Source: Lingula anatina (taxonomy: Eukaryota; Animalia; Brachiopoda). Taken from it: a stretch of 64,000 nucleotides of DNA. Below, piece after piece: positions 61,791 to 64,000 of this stretch (the first letter of the stretch is position 1; the number at the start of each line of letters is the position of its first letter). The stretch spans positions 4,836,001-4,900,000 of the forward strand of contig CM120646.1 in assembly GCA_051362555.1 (NCBI GenBank), given 5' to 3'. The position numbers were made by a program, and so were the translations under genes. The notes beneath the pieces were generated by a model. That model saw nothing but the letters and a program-made list of their open reading frames with translations. It had not been told where the DNA came from and made no database searches.

Positions 61791-64000
61791 TTGACAGTCA
61801 ATGAGAGTAAGAGAGGTATTACATACAGCCCATTCTTAGTCAACAATAACTGGCCTTGGTCACGAAATCGTCTACAGATTTTGAAACTTTTTTATAAAGA
61901 ATTATTGTGTTTTTAAAACGTTTTTTAAAAAAAACGTGATGGTACAAATGTAAGACGTTACTTCTATGGACGTTTTGGTATAATCATTAATACGTTCGAT
62001 TGGCTACTACTTGATGCATCAACCGTGAACGGCCCATTGGGCCTCATAAAATGGTATTTTAAGGAGTTTGAAAAATTAATAAGTACGGTTGTTAAACCTC
62101 TCGATTATGTCGTTAGTAAATCATCACAGTGACTGTCTCAAGATTAAGTTGTGTCTAATAATAAGTGTTAATTCTAGTTGTAGAAGTTTTCCTTTTCTTC
62201 AAGCATTAAACATACCCCGCATATCATCTGTTCTAGACTAAAGAGGCCATACGTATAATACCAGCAACAGCATGTGTCTGCTTCCAATCTTATCACTGTG
62301 TCATTTGACACATCCATTGCATTTTGCCATTTTGTTTTTATTTTAAAGTCGGTGTAACGTAAATGAGAGTTCTCCATGATAAAGAGTCCTCTTCCCATTC
62401 AATGTAAGCCTCGCTCTAGTTTTGGCCACATTAGTTCAGGCGAAGCCTAAATGGAGGTCTGGCTTTCTGTTACACGGACCCTCAGTTTCGTTACACTAAA
62501 CTTATCGATTTTATTCCAATGAATACAGAGCGCTATGTGCAGTGCTGATTTCACTGAGAATACGAATAAGGATAGAAGGAGATGGGCAGTGCTTCCAGCA
62601 AGACAAAGTACAAATCCACTGTACCAAATGAATTGAAGTTATCATAAACGCAATTCATTTTCCATCACACTAGATGTCATACTTGCCCGCTTGGGGGCCA
62701 CCAACCTTGCAACCCCACAAACGAAATTTGTGCAAAATTGTTGGTAAATAATTACTTTTGCTGACTCGTCGCATCATAATTTTTAGGATGATGAGTCTTA
62801 TTGAATATTTGATATATAATTTTTATCACTAAGGCCATAACATTTATTACAGGCAACAATTTGCTACATTGTTATTATTGTTAAAACGATTAGGATAGAA
62901 GGGTTAAAAGCGGCCTTGTTTGGCCAAATAACGAACAATCAATATTCCTTGTTGCCTTCTTTCTTGCTATGAATGAGACTATAAAAGTTTGTGGTACACT
63001 GAGATGGAGGAGACATAAACATCTAAGTAGTCAACACGTCCTACAACATAACTGAACCCAATTGGACAAGTTTTGACCAATGCCTGGAATGTTATTCCAG
63101 ATTAAACTCTAAAAAACTTTTCCAAGGATTGCCTTGCCTGGTACATGTTAGGCGTAACAATGACCGTTGCTGTGACTAGATACAGACGTGAAGGTTCTTT
63201 GTGTGGCGTGTAACTTTTTTACAGTCGACAATTTGGAAAATACGGAGATCCGAAATATCGCTTTTAACGGTTGTCGTAGGATTTATAATAGGCAATGTAT
63301 TTTTGATTGCTTCATTGGTAAATTCAATTAATGACCTGATGTCACAATGACATCAATGAGATAATTAAAACACGATTTTAAATCCCAATTTTCATTTATC
63401 AGTCCGAAAAATAGGAAAAACTGATGAAAAAGGATTTGGGAAAAATATTCCATATTAAATGTCAAGTCTGTATAAGCATAGGCAACTCAAAGTTTAAATA
63501 GTCCTTTCTATTTTGAGATGAGACAGCAATCGGTATGGGGCCTAACTTTACTCCTGATCAAGATTTTATCACGAAAATTGGCAACACGAGTGTATAGGCT
63601 GCAATCCCGTACCGTCATTTTGGTTAAATGGTTTTGTAATGGAGTTACGAGCCTATGATTACAATTTTCATTAAACAAAGGCATCGTCAGTTTTATCAAC
63701 AAAAACAGCTTAACTAAGACATTAAAGAAAAATCGCTGGCCGGATTTTGGAGTACTAAATGGAGTCATTAAATCAGCGTTGAAACGCTGATTGTGGGTGC
63801 TCGTATAAAAGAGAAATCTGAGAAACCGATTTTCAGTTTTCATCCCAATATCGCAATTATGTCGTCATCCATACGATGACATATGTGGAAATGTTATTCA
63901 CTTAAGTAACTTTACACTGTTGGATATATAGCAGTAGAAAAGGAGTTTTTGGATTTCGACTTCATTTTTATCTAGCTGTTATTTATGATGTCAATGTCTA

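Noticed and set aside
62170-63850. Short ORFs and coding-like stretches at the right end
   Set aside because: Multiple stops and no recognisable domain or consistent splice phase; likely decayed repeat.

Overview
AT-rich, intron-containing eukaryotic DNA from an invertebrate animal (gene families suggest a marine bilaterian; the taxon cannot be fixed from sequence alone). I saw no prokaryotic features, rRNA, tRNA or CRISPR. Left to right the window holds: the 5' end of GPS2; two paralogous orphan class A GPCR genes, each with a single coding exon, plus a relic third copy; between them, a spliced type II membrane protein gene (TM, 5 EGF, uromodulin-type D8C) with a triplicated first exon and an upstream SRCR relic; two 4-exon genes for secreted 10-Cys prokineticin/ITG-like peptides with a conserved internal GKR site; and two 3-exon genes for SMB/Cys-rich proteins with a predicted GPI anchor, one carrying a single nonsense codon. 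Many non-autonomous DNA transposons are interspersed: hAT-like with 5/6-bp TSDs, Harbinger, a RecQ-helicase-bearing Academ-like element and a HINE-like element, plus piggyBac and Penelope relics and tandem repeats. Exon models were read by hand from splice signals and reading-frame phase, with no transcript support. Family assignments are from recalled motifs, not database searches.
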